Part shown: one piece after another, positions 14,394 to 23,066 of the stretch
How the letters are laid out: every line of letters begins with the position of its first letter
How positions within the stretch are numbered: position 1 is the stretch's first letter
From: a virus
Taxonomy: Duplodnaviria > Caudoviricetes
Virus record (IMG/VR): IMGVR_UViG_3300038393_003168
Span: 1 to 39,996 of that record
Length of the DNA stretch: 39,996 nucleotides
Reading direction: 5' to 3' (one strand)
Notes under the pieces: model-generated
Databases searched by the model: none
Told to the model about the DNA's origin: nothing
Seen by the model: the letters and a program-made list of their open reading frames with translations, nothing else
Made by a program: the position numbers and the translations under genes

Positions 14394-14626
14394 GTCGTTT
14401 GCATTCGCATCGTGTAACCGAAACGCAGATGGAAGTTTTCACCTGGGTCGTCACCTTCATCGGGATGCACGGCTACCCGCCATCGCGTAAAGAGATTTCC
14501 GCTCGTTTCGGTTGGTCATCACCGAACGCAGCACAAGGGCACCTTGAACAACTCCAGTCGCATGGCCTTCTGAAGCTCAATTCGAAGGTCGCACGCGGCA
14601 TTCAGGTATTGCAGGTGGTCGCGTGA
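14390..14626 (+). CDS. Stand-alone LexA-type DNA-binding domain protein
   Basis: TETQMEVF...GYPPSRKEISARFGWSSPNAAQGHLEQLQSHGLL...ARGIQVL resembles E. coli LexA NTD ([25 protein letters not shown]...SRGIRLL); 78 aa, no peptidase domain. Confidence 0.85.
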   Translation: MSRLHSHRVTETQMEVFTWVVTFIGMHGYPPSRKEISARFGWSSPNAAQGHLEQLQSHGLLKLNSKVARGIQVLQVVA

Positions 14627-14738
14627 GCAAATCCCTTTACTCCGAATTCCCCACCAATGCCCATGCCTATGCATACGGCCAATGGAAGGTTCGTTTGCTG
14701 ATCGAAGCGTGCATTCAAGCCATTAAGACGGGGAAGGT

Positions 14739-15173
14739 ATGAGCGCGCTCGTCATCAACAGCACCGAATCTCTCCAGCGCGTCATCGGCGAACTGCGCGA
14801 GGCCTTCGGCAAACACAAATTCCTGCGCTTGAACCTCAAGACAGGCAAGGATCGCAGCCTGGATCAGAACGCGTTAAGCCATGCGTGGTATCAGCAGCTC
14901 GCAAGGGAGATGCCGCAACACGACGCTTTGGGATGGAAATGCGAATGCAAGCTTTTGCATGGTGTACCAATTCTCCGCGCGGAAGACGGTGAGTTTAGGA
15001 CGTTTTACGACGCGGCAATCAAGAAAAGCCTCTCTTATGAGGAAAAGCTCGCGGCAATGCGTTTCGTCCCAGTGACGAGTCTTATGACTTCCGTCCAGCT
15101 TTCTAAATATCTCGAAGCAATGCAGCACCACTTCGCAAAGCAAGGTGTTGTTCTGGAATTTCCGGAGGCCTGA
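14739..15173 (+). CDS. ninB: NinB-like recombination protein
   Basis: RSLDQNALSHAWYQQLA...WK...TSLMTSVQLSKYLEAM...GV NinB/YbcN pattern. Confidence 0.75.
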   Translation: MSALVINSTESLQRVIGELREAFGKHKFLRLNLKTGKDRSLDQNALSHAWYQQLAREMPQHDALGWKCECKLLHGVPILRAEDGEFRTFYDAAIKKSLSYEEKLAAMRFVPVTSLMTSVQLSKYLEAMQHHFAKQGVVLEFPEA

Positions 15174-15175
15174 TT

Positions 15176-15736
15176 GTGCTGACAAAAGAAAAACTGAAAG
15201 CGCATCTCCACTACGATCCAGAGACAGGGCTATTCACATGGATTAAGCCAACTGGCGATCGAGTTCGTGTGGGATACGTAGCCGGCTGCAAACGCAGCGA
15301 TAACGGATATGTGATCCTCAAATTCGAACGGTGTTATCTGGCACACCGGCTCGCATTTTTATACATGACAGGCTCGATCCCCAAGTTCGTCGACCATATA
15401 AATGGCAAAAGAGACGATAACCGCTGGTGCAATTTGCGCAGCGTGAGCCGCTCCCAAAACGGCCAAAACATGGCCCTGCCAAATACCAACAAGAGCGGCG
15501 TAATCGGTGTCTTTTGGAACAAAGGCAAAAACAAATGGACGGCGAGGATCAAGGTCGAGCAGCGCGACTTCCATCTCGGCCATTTCGTAGATTTTGATGA
15601 TGCAGTAAAAGCCCGCAGGGCCGCAGAAGTGGTGCATGGCTTCCATCAAAACCACGGCAAAAGACTCGTGCGCGGTGTGATGCTCGAATACCCGCCTGAG
15701 CCTAACTCGGAAAACACAAAGCGGAGGCGCGCGTGA
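15176..15736 (+). CDS. HNH homing endonuclease with AP2-type DNA-binding domain
   Basis: LHYDPETGLFTW, AHRLAFLYMTG, VDHINGKRDDNRWCNLR, NKSGVIGV..WTARI...LGHF..AVKARRAAE. Confidence 0.9.
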   Translation: MLTKEKLKAHLHYDPETGLFTWIKPTGDRVRVGYVAGCKRSDNGYVILKFERCYLAHRLAFLYMTGSIPKFVDHINGKRDDNRWCNLRSVSRSQNGQNMALPNTNKSGVIGVFWNKGKNKWTARIKVEQRDFHLGHFVDFDDAVKARRAAEVVHGFHQNHGKRLVRGVMLEYPPEPNSENTKRRRA

Positions 15737-16457
15737 AAAGCAAGTTCGACACGGAAGCTGAACTGTGCGCGGCATTCATTAAATGGGCTGAGAAGCAGGG
15801 GTGGAAATCGTATGCAGAGACGGCCGGATGGGACATTCTATTGGTGGCGGCTGATGGCACACAGATCGGGGTCCAGGCCAAACTGCGTTTCAATATGAAG
15901 GTGCTTCAGCAAGCCGTTGATTATGGCTTATGGGGAAGAGGAATCGGGCCGGATTTTCGGGCAGTGCTCGTTCCCGATTCGGGGGGGAAGGATATATGTG
16001 CGGCACTTGGCATGACCATGATTTATTGCGGCGGCTCATGGTATGACCATTGCGAATTTTCCCGAGGCTCCCTACTTCTTCTCCTCATTGTGTAGGTGAT
16101 TGGCATTGGCTAAATCCAGAAAAGCGCCATCCTGTCCCGGCCTATGTTCCAGATGTTATTGCTGGCTCATCTTCTCCAGTGCAACTAACGCAGTGGAAGA
16201 TCGGCGCGTTGAAGTTGACGGCGTTATTGGAGATTCGCGGATTCGTTACCAGAGCTGACTTTAAGACCGTAGGCATCGACCATCGGCGCTGGGTCAATGA
16301 CCCGAATTGGCTTGTCCCAACTGACCGACCAGGGCAATTTGCGCGTGGCCCGGAGCTGCGGTTTGACCAGCAGCACCCGATGGTTTATGCAGAAATCCGC
16401 GCCGAGATCGAGAAGCAGCAGAAAGGCTCCGATATGTTTTCGGCGGAGGTCGCATGA
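15733..16457 (+). pseudogene. Probable single PD-(D/E)xK-like phage gene split by a frameshift near 16057-16063
   Basis: ORF 15733-16095 (ETAGWDILLV...IGVQAK) ends in an unnatural tail (RGSLLLLLIV), while the -1 frame continues PRLP...VPDVIAGSSSPVQLTQWKIGA to 16457 with no good start of its own. Confidence 0.6.
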
Positions 16458-16912
16458 CGCTAAAAGACCAGACCATCGCCCGCTGTATGCGCCGGCCACC
16501 GGATTTCATCATCGGCACCAAGAATGATCCGTACCTCTTGCGTTGGTTCGTCGTTCCGTGCAACCCCATTTTCAACATCTACCGCCACATCTTCAAGCGA
16601 AGTGACGACGACCGCGCACGCCATACGCATCCGTGGCTATTCAATATCAGCCTGCTTTACCGAGGCGGATACCGGGAATGGTTCGGTGATGGTCCGACCG
16701 ATTATGTCGATCGTCGGGCGCCGCATATCAAATTCCGTTGGGGTGGCGCACCGCATCGTATCGAACTCACGCACGGTGACTGCGAAACCATCTTCATCAC
16801 TGGTCCTCGCGTGAGGCAATGGGGTTTCCTGTGCCCTCAGGGATTTGTGCACTGGAAGAAATTCACCAAGAGCGACAACCCTGGCGAAGTCGGGAAAGGA
16901 TGCGACGCATGA
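16454..16912 (+). CDS. Cupin-fold (cysteine dioxygenase-like) phage protein
   Basis: YLLRW...H.FKRSDDDRARHTHPW...GGYRE...HRIEL...TIFITGPRVRQWGF. Confidence 0.7.
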   Translation: MTLKDQTIARCMRRPPDFIIGTKNDPYLLRWFVVPCNPIFNIYRHIFKRSDDDRARHTHPWLFNISLLYRGGYREWFGDGPTDYVDRRAPHIKFRWGGAPHRIELTHGDCETIFITGPRVRQWGFLCPQGFVHWKKFTKSDNPGEVGKGCDA

Positions 16913-17544
16913 CCCTCACCCGCAAATCCCCCATGAGCCGGCAGAAAGCCTCCCTGAAGTCAGGCGAGAAGAAGCTGCGCGCTCGCAAGTGCTCCGTCAA
17001 AGGCTGCAAGGAGCCTGCGGTGACGTTCACTGGATTGAAAGGCTGGTGCTCGGTGGAGCATGGCGCGGTGCTGGCTGAAGCAGCGTTGATGAAGAAGCGG
17101 GCTGAGAAAGAACAGGCGGAGCGGGCGCAAGCCAGAGTGTGTAAGGAAGCGCTCAAGTCACGTTCCGATCATCTGAAGGACGCGCAAACTGCTTTCAATG
17201 CCTTCATTCGTGCGCGGGACGCGCATCTGCCATGCATTTCCTGTGGCCGCGATAACGGCAGCAAGGTCAACGCCGGCCATTATCTTTCGGTCGGATCGCA
17301 TCCAGAACTGCGCTTCAACGAAGACAACTGCCACAAGCAATGCGAGCACTGCAATACCTACAAATCAGGAAACCAGGCCGAATACAGGCCGCGCCTGATA
17401 GATCGTATCGGCCTTGCCCGCGTTGAGACCCTGGAAGGCCCGCAATCGCCCGCGAAATACACGATAGACGATCTCAAGGCGCTGAAAGCAACCTATAAGG
17501 CCAAGCTTAAAGAGCTTCGGTCCAGACAACAAAGGGCGGATTGA
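16909..17544 (+). CDS. ninG: NinG/Rap-family recombination endonuclease
   Basis: AQTAFNAFIRARD..LPCISCG...AGHYLSVGSHPELRFNEDNCHKQCEHCN..SGN..EYR..LI.RIG. Confidence 0.92.
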   Translation: MTLTRKSPMSRQKASLKSGEKKLRARKCSVKGCKEPAVTFTGLKGWCSVEHGAVLAEAALMKKRAEKEQAERAQARVCKEALKSRSDHLKDAQTAFNAFIRARDAHLPCISCGRDNGSKVNAGHYLSVGSHPELRFNEDNCHKQCEHCNTYKSGNQAEYRPRLIDRIGLARVETLEGPQSPAKYTIDDLKALKATYKAKLKELRSRQQRAD

Positions 17545-17548
17545 CTGG

Positions 17549-18328
17549 ATGAGCACTTCGATCATGGCTCTCTGCTGGCCCCTTCATATGCCGCCGACCT
17601 CCAAGGCGGTATTGATCTCGCTCGCCGACAATGCGAACGATCAGGGCTATTGCTGGCCATCGATCCCGACCATTGCAAACCGGACTTGCTTCAGCGAAAG
17701 AGCGGTTCAAGGTGCTATCAAATGGCTCGAGCAGCATGGGGCAGTGAGGGCAGACCGCTCGAACGGACGCCATACGACCTATCAGGTGACACCCCAGACC
17801 TACATCCAACCCCCGCAGGAGCTGCGCCGGTTGAGTGTCGAGGATAGCGTCGATACCCCCGCAGGAAATGCACCCCAGCAGAATATGCCCCCCGCAGCAA
17901 ATGCACCAACCCCCGCAGGAGCTGCACCGGCACCCCCGCAGGAGGTGCGCCAACCCCCGCAGGAGGTGCCGTCTAACCGTAAAGAACCGTCATTAGAACC
18001 ATCAAAGAACCGTCAAAAGGGTTCGGCCTCGAGTTTCGTTTTGCCGGATTGGATTCCTGAAGACGTGTGGCAAGCCTACCTCGAGATGCGGAAAAAGATT
18101 CGCAAAGTTCCGACCGACTATGCCTGCAAGTTGGTTGTGAAAGAACTGGCTCGGCTGCGAGACGCCGGACATGACGTGGTGGCTTCGCTTGACCAATCCA
18201 TCCGCAGCAATTGGACCGACGTGTACGCGCCGAAAGCGAAAGATAGCCAGTCTCGAGGCTCACCGGGGCGACAGCCATCGCCAGAAAACTTTGCCGCCGT
18301 TGATTACGGGACATCGGGGAAATTATGA
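17549..18328 (+). CDS. Replication initiator (lambda O-like, N-terminal HTH)
   Basis: KAVLISLADNANDQGYCWPSIPTIANRTCFSERAVQGAIKWLE; internal iterons; C-terminal LPDWIPEDVWQAYLEMRKK domain. Confidence 0.88.
   Translation: MSTSIMALCWPLHMPPTSKAVLISLADNANDQGYCWPSIPTIANRTCFSERAVQGAIKWLEQHGAVRADRSNGRHTTYQVTPQTYIQPPQELRRLSVEDSVDTPAGNAPQQNMPPAANAPTPAGAAPAPPQEVRQPPQEVPSNRKEPSLEPSKNRQKGSASSFVLPDWIPEDVWQAYLEMRKKIRKVPTDYACKLVVKELARLRDAGHDVVASLDQSIRSNWTDVYAPKAKDSQSRGSPGRQPSPENFAAVDYGTSGKL
17809..17969 (+). repeat. Replication-origin iterons (7 copies of CCCCCGCAGGAnnTGC)
   Basis: Copies begin near 17809, 17855, 17872, 17888, 17909, 17932 and 17953, inside the initiator gene and in different reading frames, as for the lambdoid ori. 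Confidence 0.8.
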
Positions 18329-19095
18329 GCCATGTAACCGACTACACCGCCAGCCAGAACCCAAATATTGAGCACTGCCAGAAGCATGGCCGATATGAAA
18401 GTCGCCACATCATCGGAAAGATTTGGTCGGGCTGCCCTGACTGCATCAAGGAGAGCTATGCCGCTGAGCAGACGAGGCTCGAGCTCGAGCAGATGGAAGA
18501 GCGATCTAGGGCATGGGGAAGGCGTATAGGCCAGGCTGGTATCCCGGAGAGGTTCCGAGACCGCTCGCTGGATACATTCATCGCGACCGGAGAAGGCCAA
18601 AAGCACGCGCTCGAGGTATGCAAGCGATATGCAGAGCATTTCCAGGATGTGTCGCGCCGTGGTAGCTGCATTCTCATGTGCGGAAAGCCCGGAACCGGCA
18701 AGACGCACCTTGCCGTTGGAATTGGCGTGCATGTGCTTGAGAAGCTGAGAAAAACAGTGCTGTTCACCACAGTCATGCGTGCCGTCAGGATGGTCAAGGA
18801 AACCTACAACAAGAATAGCGAGAGAACCGAAGCCCAAGCCATTGCCGAACTCGTTTATCCAGATCTTTTAATTCTGGATGAGGTGGGCGTTCAGTTTGGA
18901 AGCGATACGGAAAAGCTCATTCTTTTTGAAGTCTTGAACGAGCGCTACGAAAAACGTAAGCCAACAATCTTCTTGTCAAACAAAGACCTTGACGGCATCA
19001 AAGCTTTCCTTGGGGAGCGCGTCTACGACCGTCTGCGCGAGGATGGCAGCGAGTACATCTCCTTCACCTGGGACAGCTACAGGGGTCGCGCATGA
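18325..19095 (+). CDS. DnaC/IstB-like helicase loader ATPase
   Basis: Walker A GKPGTGKTHLA, Walker B LLILDEVG, RYEKRKPTIFLSN, LGERVYDRL; N-terminal C..HG...CPDC. Confidence 0.92.
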   Translation: MSHVTDYTASQNPNIEHCQKHGRYESRHIIGKIWSGCPDCIKESYAAEQTRLELEQMEERSRAWGRRIGQAGIPERFRDRSLDTFIATGEGQKHALEVCKRYAEHFQDVSRRGSCILMCGKPGTGKTHLAVGIGVHVLEKLRKTVLFTTVMRAVRMVKETYNKNSERTEAQAIAELVYPDLLILDEVGVQFGSDTEKLILFEVLNERYEKRKPTIFLSNKDLDGIKAFLGERVYDRLREDGSEYISFTWDSYRGRA

Positions 19096-19244
19096 AATTC
19101 CAAGCCAAGACTGGCCACCTATCCCACGGAAGCCTGCACTTAAAGCAATCGGAGCAAGGCAGAAAGAAGATGGGCAAAGGTAACAAGGTCAAGTTTCATT
19201 TGCAGCAGTTAAAACCAGCAGCACTCAATTGGAAGGGGAAATGA

Positions 19245-19364
19245 ATGGAAGATCACGACGATTTTTACAACGGCGAAGACTCATTCGGCCTGATTGCTTG
19301 GATGATGATTGCATTCATCATTCTTCTGTTGGTCGGCGGATGGGCATGGAACCTGTTTATGTGA
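19245..19364 (+). CDS. 39-aa single-TM peptide
   Basis: MEDHDDFYNGEDSFGLIAWMMIAFIILLLVGGWAWNLFM; GTGA overlap with the next gene. Confidence 0.45.
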   Translation: MEDHDDFYNGEDSFGLIAWMMIAFIILLLVGGWAWNLFM

Positions 19365-19525
19365 AATGCGAGAACTGCGCCTATCTCGACAAGGAGAAAT
19401 TTCCGAGGCATGCAGAAACGGGATTCGGGCAATGCAAGCTAAATCGGGAGCCAGGGAAGTTCTACAGCATGGTTTTTGAACATCAGTGTGAGCATTACAA
19501 AGGGAAGGAGACACAAGAAAAATGA
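19361..19525 (+). CDS. Small Cys-rich protein
   Basis: 54 aa, KCENC...GQC...QCEHY; overlaps both neighbours. Confidence 0.55.
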   Translation: MKCENCAYLDKEKFPRHAETGFGQCKLNREPGKFYSMVFEHQCEHYKGKETQEK

Positions 19526-19827
19526 GCGTACTAGCCAACGAAGTCTACGAGTTCCTGAAGAAAACAGGCCGGCAGATCGACAAATACCAGCTCCAGCAAA
19601 AGTTCATGGTGAATAACCAGGTCATGACCGACGCGATTATTGAGTTGGGAACGAAGCTGAGCAGTACACGGCTGGGGTCGCATCGCATGTACTGGGTTCC
19701 GAAGCCTACAACGGTGGAGCCTGTAGCGAAATCCATATTCAAGCCCTACAAGCAGCCTGACGAGCACACGAGGCGGCTGGGAGAGGCGAAGGCGCATCGG
19801 ATGGCTGAGCCGAGCAAGCATATTTAA
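19522..19827 (+). CDS. Hypothetical protein (possible winged helix)
   Basis: 101 aa; ATGA overlap; in operon orientation. Confidence 0.6.
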   Translation: MSVLANEVYEFLKKTGRQIDKYQLQQKFMVNNQVMTDAIIELGTKLSSTRLGSHRMYWVPKPTTVEPVAKSIFKPYKQPDEHTRRLGEAKAHRMAEPSKHI

Positions 19828-19840
19828 CTAGGGGAAGAAG

Positions 19841-20041
19841 ATGGTGGCGATTCGATGGCTTTGTGCGTGGGCGCTGTACGTTCTGGGAGACGCGATTAGC
19901 TACATGCTCAAGGTTCCTGACTCATGGCCTATGTGGTGGTTTGACATTTTTTATGCGCCATACAACCGCCTCATGTGTACGTCGAGTCGCATCCAGGGAG
20001 ATGGACCGGGTCCGTGGCACAAGGTAATTTGGCATGACTGA
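19841..20041 (+). CDS. Hypothetical small hydrophobic protein
   Basis: 66 aa; purine-rich RBS; overlaps the next gene. Confidence 0.55.
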   Translation: MVAIRWLCAWALYVLGDAISYMLKVPDSWPMWWFDIFYAPYNRLMCTSSRIQGDGPGPWHKVIWHD

Positions 20042-20582
20042 AGAACTAAAAGACCATATGAGCCTGTATTTTGTGGGAGGCAGGCTAACAAATCAGCCCA
20101 GCTCCGCACTTGAGTCGAAGTATTACCAAGATCCTGCTCGACATGTCAAATTTGAAAATGAAAGGAGGGAGCGCATGGAAGGGGAACGTCTGCACCAGTT
20201 ATGCGAGGATTGGAGGGATTGGTGCATAACGCGGAAATATTTCATTGCGCCCGGAAATAAGAACATTCTGGCCCGCATGCAACCCAGCAAAGTGCGGCCA
20301 CCGCCCGATGCTTCACTTTCAGACGAGATGAGCTTTTTCAACATGGCGATTCATGCTCTTGCCGACATGCCCGGTTCTGAACCTGAATGCTTTGTTAAAT
20401 ACTACTGGCATCGCTGTAAGAACATAAAGAAGGTCGCGGCAGAGATGAAAATCCACCGTGACACATTCTACGAAAGGAAGATGCGATTTGCGAGAAAGGC
20501 GTATTCAATGGCATTAAGTTTTAGAAGGGCATATCAAGAGATGAATGAGCAGCAGAAAATAGCTTTACCGGAAGTGGATTGA
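20034..20582 (+). CDS. Late-gene regulator (Q-like antiterminator)
   Basis: Last early gene before a promoter-terminator pair; LCEDWRDW motif and C-terminal HTH IKKVAAEMKIHRDTFYER. Confidence 0.65.
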   Translation: MTEELKDHMSLYFVGGRLTNQPSSALESKYYQDPARHVKFENERRERMEGERLHQLCEDWRDWCITRKYFIAPGNKNILARMQPSKVRPPPDASLSDEMSFFNMAIHALADMPGSEPECFVKYYWHRCKNIKKVAAEMKIHRDTFYERKMRFARKAYSMALSFRRAYQEMNEQQKIALPEVD

Positions 20583-20583
20583 G

Positions 20584-20644
20584 AGTGTCGGAGATTTTTA
20601 CTACAAAATAGTGGTTGGAAGTCTCCGACACTTTCGCCTAAAAT
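20584..20644 (+). promoter_or_regulatory. Late promoter (pR'-like) with an 11-bp inverted repeat
   Basis: AGTGTCGGAGA (20584-20594) / TCTCCGACACT (20622-20632); TTGGAA(20615)-18 bp-TAAAAT(20639). Confidence 0.6.
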
Positions 20645-20678
20645 CAGGGCTAATTAGATAGTCTCAATAACTGTCACG

Positions 20679-20708
20679 AAGCCCTGCAAACGCGGGGCTT
20701 TTTCGTTT
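20679..20708 (+). terminator. Intrinsic terminator (tR'-like)
   Basis: GCCCTGC-AAAC-GCGGGGC followed by TTTTTCGTTT. Confidence 0.8.
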
Positions 20709-20717
20709 GGAGGCCGC

Positions 20718-20834
20718 ATGTGCATAGAACCATGGAAGTTCTACCTTGCATGTTCAGGCTGGCCCGTAGCGATATTGCTTCTGTCATTCATCATCTGGGC
20801 GTTCTGGCCATTTCTCGCAGGTAGATACGAATGA
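20718..20834 (+). CDS. 38-aa single-TM peptide
   Basis: GGAGG RBS; MCIEPWKFYLACSGWPVAILLLSFIIWAFWPFLAGRYE. Confidence 0.5.
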   Translation: MCIEPWKFYLACSGWPVAILLLSFIIWAFWPFLAGRYE

Positions 20835-20925
20835 CCGCTAACGAAAAGATACGAAGGCAGCTGGGATGGCATTTAATTCCGCGCCCCATTAAGTAAGTCT
20901 CCCCTCACGTAAAAACACGTGACTT

Positions 20926-20951
20926 GCCGCCTCTAGGCGGCTTTTTTATTT
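20926..20951 (+). terminator. Intrinsic terminator
   Basis: GCCGCC-TCTA-GGCGGC-TTTTTTATTT. Confidence 0.8.
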
Positions 20952-20963
20952 CTAGGATCGCAA

Positions 20964-21167
20964 ATGATCACTCAAGAGCAACTGGATGCAGACAAGGCCG
21001 CAATAGAGGCAGCGCAAGCAAAGTTGGCTCAGGATCAAGCCGAGTTCGACAAGGTGCAGCCGCATCTGTCCGTACTAGCTGAGATTGGAGCATATATCGA
21101 GCATCTTCCTGCGGAGGTTACTGAGGGATTTGCTGCTCTGATTGCCAAGGCCAAGAGCCTGTTCTAG
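20964..21167 (+). CDS. Hypothetical coiled-coil protein
   Basis: 67 aa; AGGA RBS. Confidence 0.65.
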   Translation: MITQEQLDADKAAIEAAQAKLAQDQAEFDKVQPHLSVLAEIGAYIEHLPAEVTEGFAALIAKAKSLF

Positions 21168-21197
21168 CCCCCAAAAATCTAAAGTAGATAAAAGTAG

Positions 21198-21473
21198 ATG
21201 GCCAAAGGGCAAAAGACTGGCGGACGCGCCAAAGGCACGCCTAACAAGACTACTCAGGACGCCAAGCAGGCTATTGAGATGGTTGCCGAAGGCCTTGGTG
21301 GTGCTGAAGGCATGTTGATATGGGCACGCAAGGATGATGCAAACGAACGCATATTCTGGTCAACGATCTATCCGCGCATTCTGCCGAAGGAAGTGAAGGC
21401 TGAGCACAGCGGTGAAATTGGTCTGACGGTGGAGATCGTGAAATTTTCCGATGCGAGTCCAGTTACCGAATAG
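21198..21473 (+). CDS. terS: Terminase small subunit (putative)
   Basis: GQKTGGRAKGTPNKTT motif and EHSGEI tail; directly upstream of terL. Confidence 0.7.
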   Translation: MAKGQKTGGRAKGTPNKTTQDAKQAIEMVAEGLGGAEGMLIWARKDDANERIFWSTIYPRILPKEVKAEHSGEIGLTVEIVKFSDASPVTE

Positions 21474-22833
21474 GTGGAAGCCTCGCAAATACCAGATGCC
21501 GGCCTGGTCATTCTGGGAGCGCGGCGGGAAATACGCCAATCTGATATGGCATAGGCGCAGCGGCAAGGATGAAATTAGCCTGCATAGAACGGCAGTAGCG
21601 GCATTTGAACGTGTCGGAACGTACTGGCATCTCCTACCCGAAGCCGCTCATGCACGCAAAGCCATTTGGACGGCAGTTAATCCGCATACTGGCAGGCGGC
21701 GCATAGACGAGGCATTCCCGCTTGAGATCAGGAAAACGACGCGTGAACAGGAAATGTTCATCGAATTCCTGAATGGTTCAACATGGCAAGTTGGCGGCAG
21801 CGACCGATACAACACGTTGGTGGGATCTTCTCCGGCGGGCGTGACGTTTTCGGAATGGGCACTGGCGAATCCAGCAGCATGGGCATATGTCAGACCAATT
21901 CTGTTGGAGAACAACGGCTGGAGCACGTTTATTACCACGCCACGTGGTCATAACCATGCAGAGCGCATGTTCAAGGCCGCTCAGAAGATTCCAGACGCTT
22001 TTACGCAGATCCTAACGGCTGGCGAAACGGGTGTATTTACAGCGGCGCAGCTTGAGCAAGAACGGATAGCGCTGATTGGGGAATATGGTGACGACTTCGG
22101 TCAATCCATGTTTGACCAGGAATATTTCTGCTCATTTGATGCCGCGATTCTGGGAAGTTATTACGGAGCTTGGGTTACAAAGGTCAGGGCGGAAGGTCGA
22201 ATTCGGCATGTGCCGATTAATCCGGATCTTCCAGTGCATACCGCGTGGGATCTTGGTAGAAGTGATGACACCGCAATCTGGTTCTTCCAGGTGCCGCTTG
22301 GCGAGATTCATATCCTAGATCATCACAGCAGCAACGGGCATGACGCCGAGTACTACATCGACCACGTAAAGCAATGGGTGAAGTTAAGAAGTGCTAAGCA
22401 AGGCAATTTTTATCTTCCGCATGATGCTAAGGCCAAAACGTTTAGGTCAGATAAATCGGTGCAGGAGTTATTTGCCAAGGCGTTTGGCTGGGACAAGGTG
22501 AATATTGTTCCAAGTCTCTCGATTCAGGACGGCATCCAAGCCGCTAGGCGAATGTTCGGTCGCTGCTATTTCGATGATTCTGAGGATGTACAGGAAGGAA
22601 TCGAGGCCCTTGCGCAATACCAGCGTGAATGGGACGACAAAAAGAAAGTATTTGTCGAGCAGCCGCGGCGCGATTGGACGTCCCACACTGCAGATGCTTT
22701 TCGCATGCTGGCAGTGGCATATGAGGCAGAGAAGTCGACGCAGCCGAAGCCAGAAGCCAAATTCCCGCTCGACATGAGCATTGACCAGTTGATTGCGCGT
22801 CAGCGCAGGAAAAGACTCGCCGAGGAGGCATGA
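21451..22833 (+). CDS. terL: Terminase large subunit
   Basis: PRKYQ, WHRRSGKD Walker A, FSEWA Walker B variant, ITTPRG, FDQEYFCSF, AWDLGRSDDTAIWF, SHTADAFR. Confidence 0.95.
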   Translation: MRVQLPNRWKPRKYQMPAWSFWERGGKYANLIWHRRSGKDEISLHRTAVAAFERVGTYWHLLPEAAHARKAIWTAVNPHTGRRRIDEAFPLEIRKTTREQEMFIEFLNGSTWQVGGSDRYNTLVGSSPAGVTFSEWALANPAAWAYVRPILLENNGWSTFITTPRGHNHAERMFKAAQKIPDAFTQILTAGETGVFTAAQLEQERIALIGEYGDDFGQSMFDQEYFCSFDAAILGSYYGAWVTKVRAEGRIRHVPINPDLPVHTAWDLGRSDDTAIWFFQVPLGEIHILDHHSSNGHDAEYYIDHVKQWVKLRSAKQGNFYLPHDAKAKTFRSDKSVQELFAKAFGWDKVNIVPSLSIQDGIQAARRMFGRCYFDDSEDVQEGIEALAQYQREWDDKKKVFVEQPRRDWTSHTADAFRMLAVAYEAEKSTQPKPEAKFPLDMSIDQLIARQRRKRLAEEA

Positions 22834-23066
22834 TGCAACTTAATTTCGCAACCTACCAGACCGCTGCGACTGTCACTCCGTCCGATACTTCAGGGAATTC
22901 CTATCGCGCTATTTATGTTGGCGGTACAGGCGACATCGCGGTTGTAACGGTAGGTGGTAACTCGGTCACATTCAAGTCCGTACCGGTTGGGACCATTCTG
23001 CCTATTGAGGTCAATCTCATTAAATCGACCGGCACTACTGCAACTCTCTTGCTAGGTCTTGCGTAA
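22830..23066 (+). CDS. Small virion protein (head spike-base-like)
   Basis: RAIYVGGTGDIAV...VTFKSVPVGTILPI..IKSTGTTAT resembles the RcGTA Rcc01079-type spike base. Confidence 0.55.
   Translation: MMQLNFATYQTAATVTPSDTSGNSYRAIYVGGTGDIAVVTVGGNSVTFKSVPVGTILPIEVNLIKSTGTTATLLLGLA

Noticed and set aside
17809-17969. Novel repeat system in the initiator gene
   Set aside because: Explained as ordinary lambdoid origin iterons.
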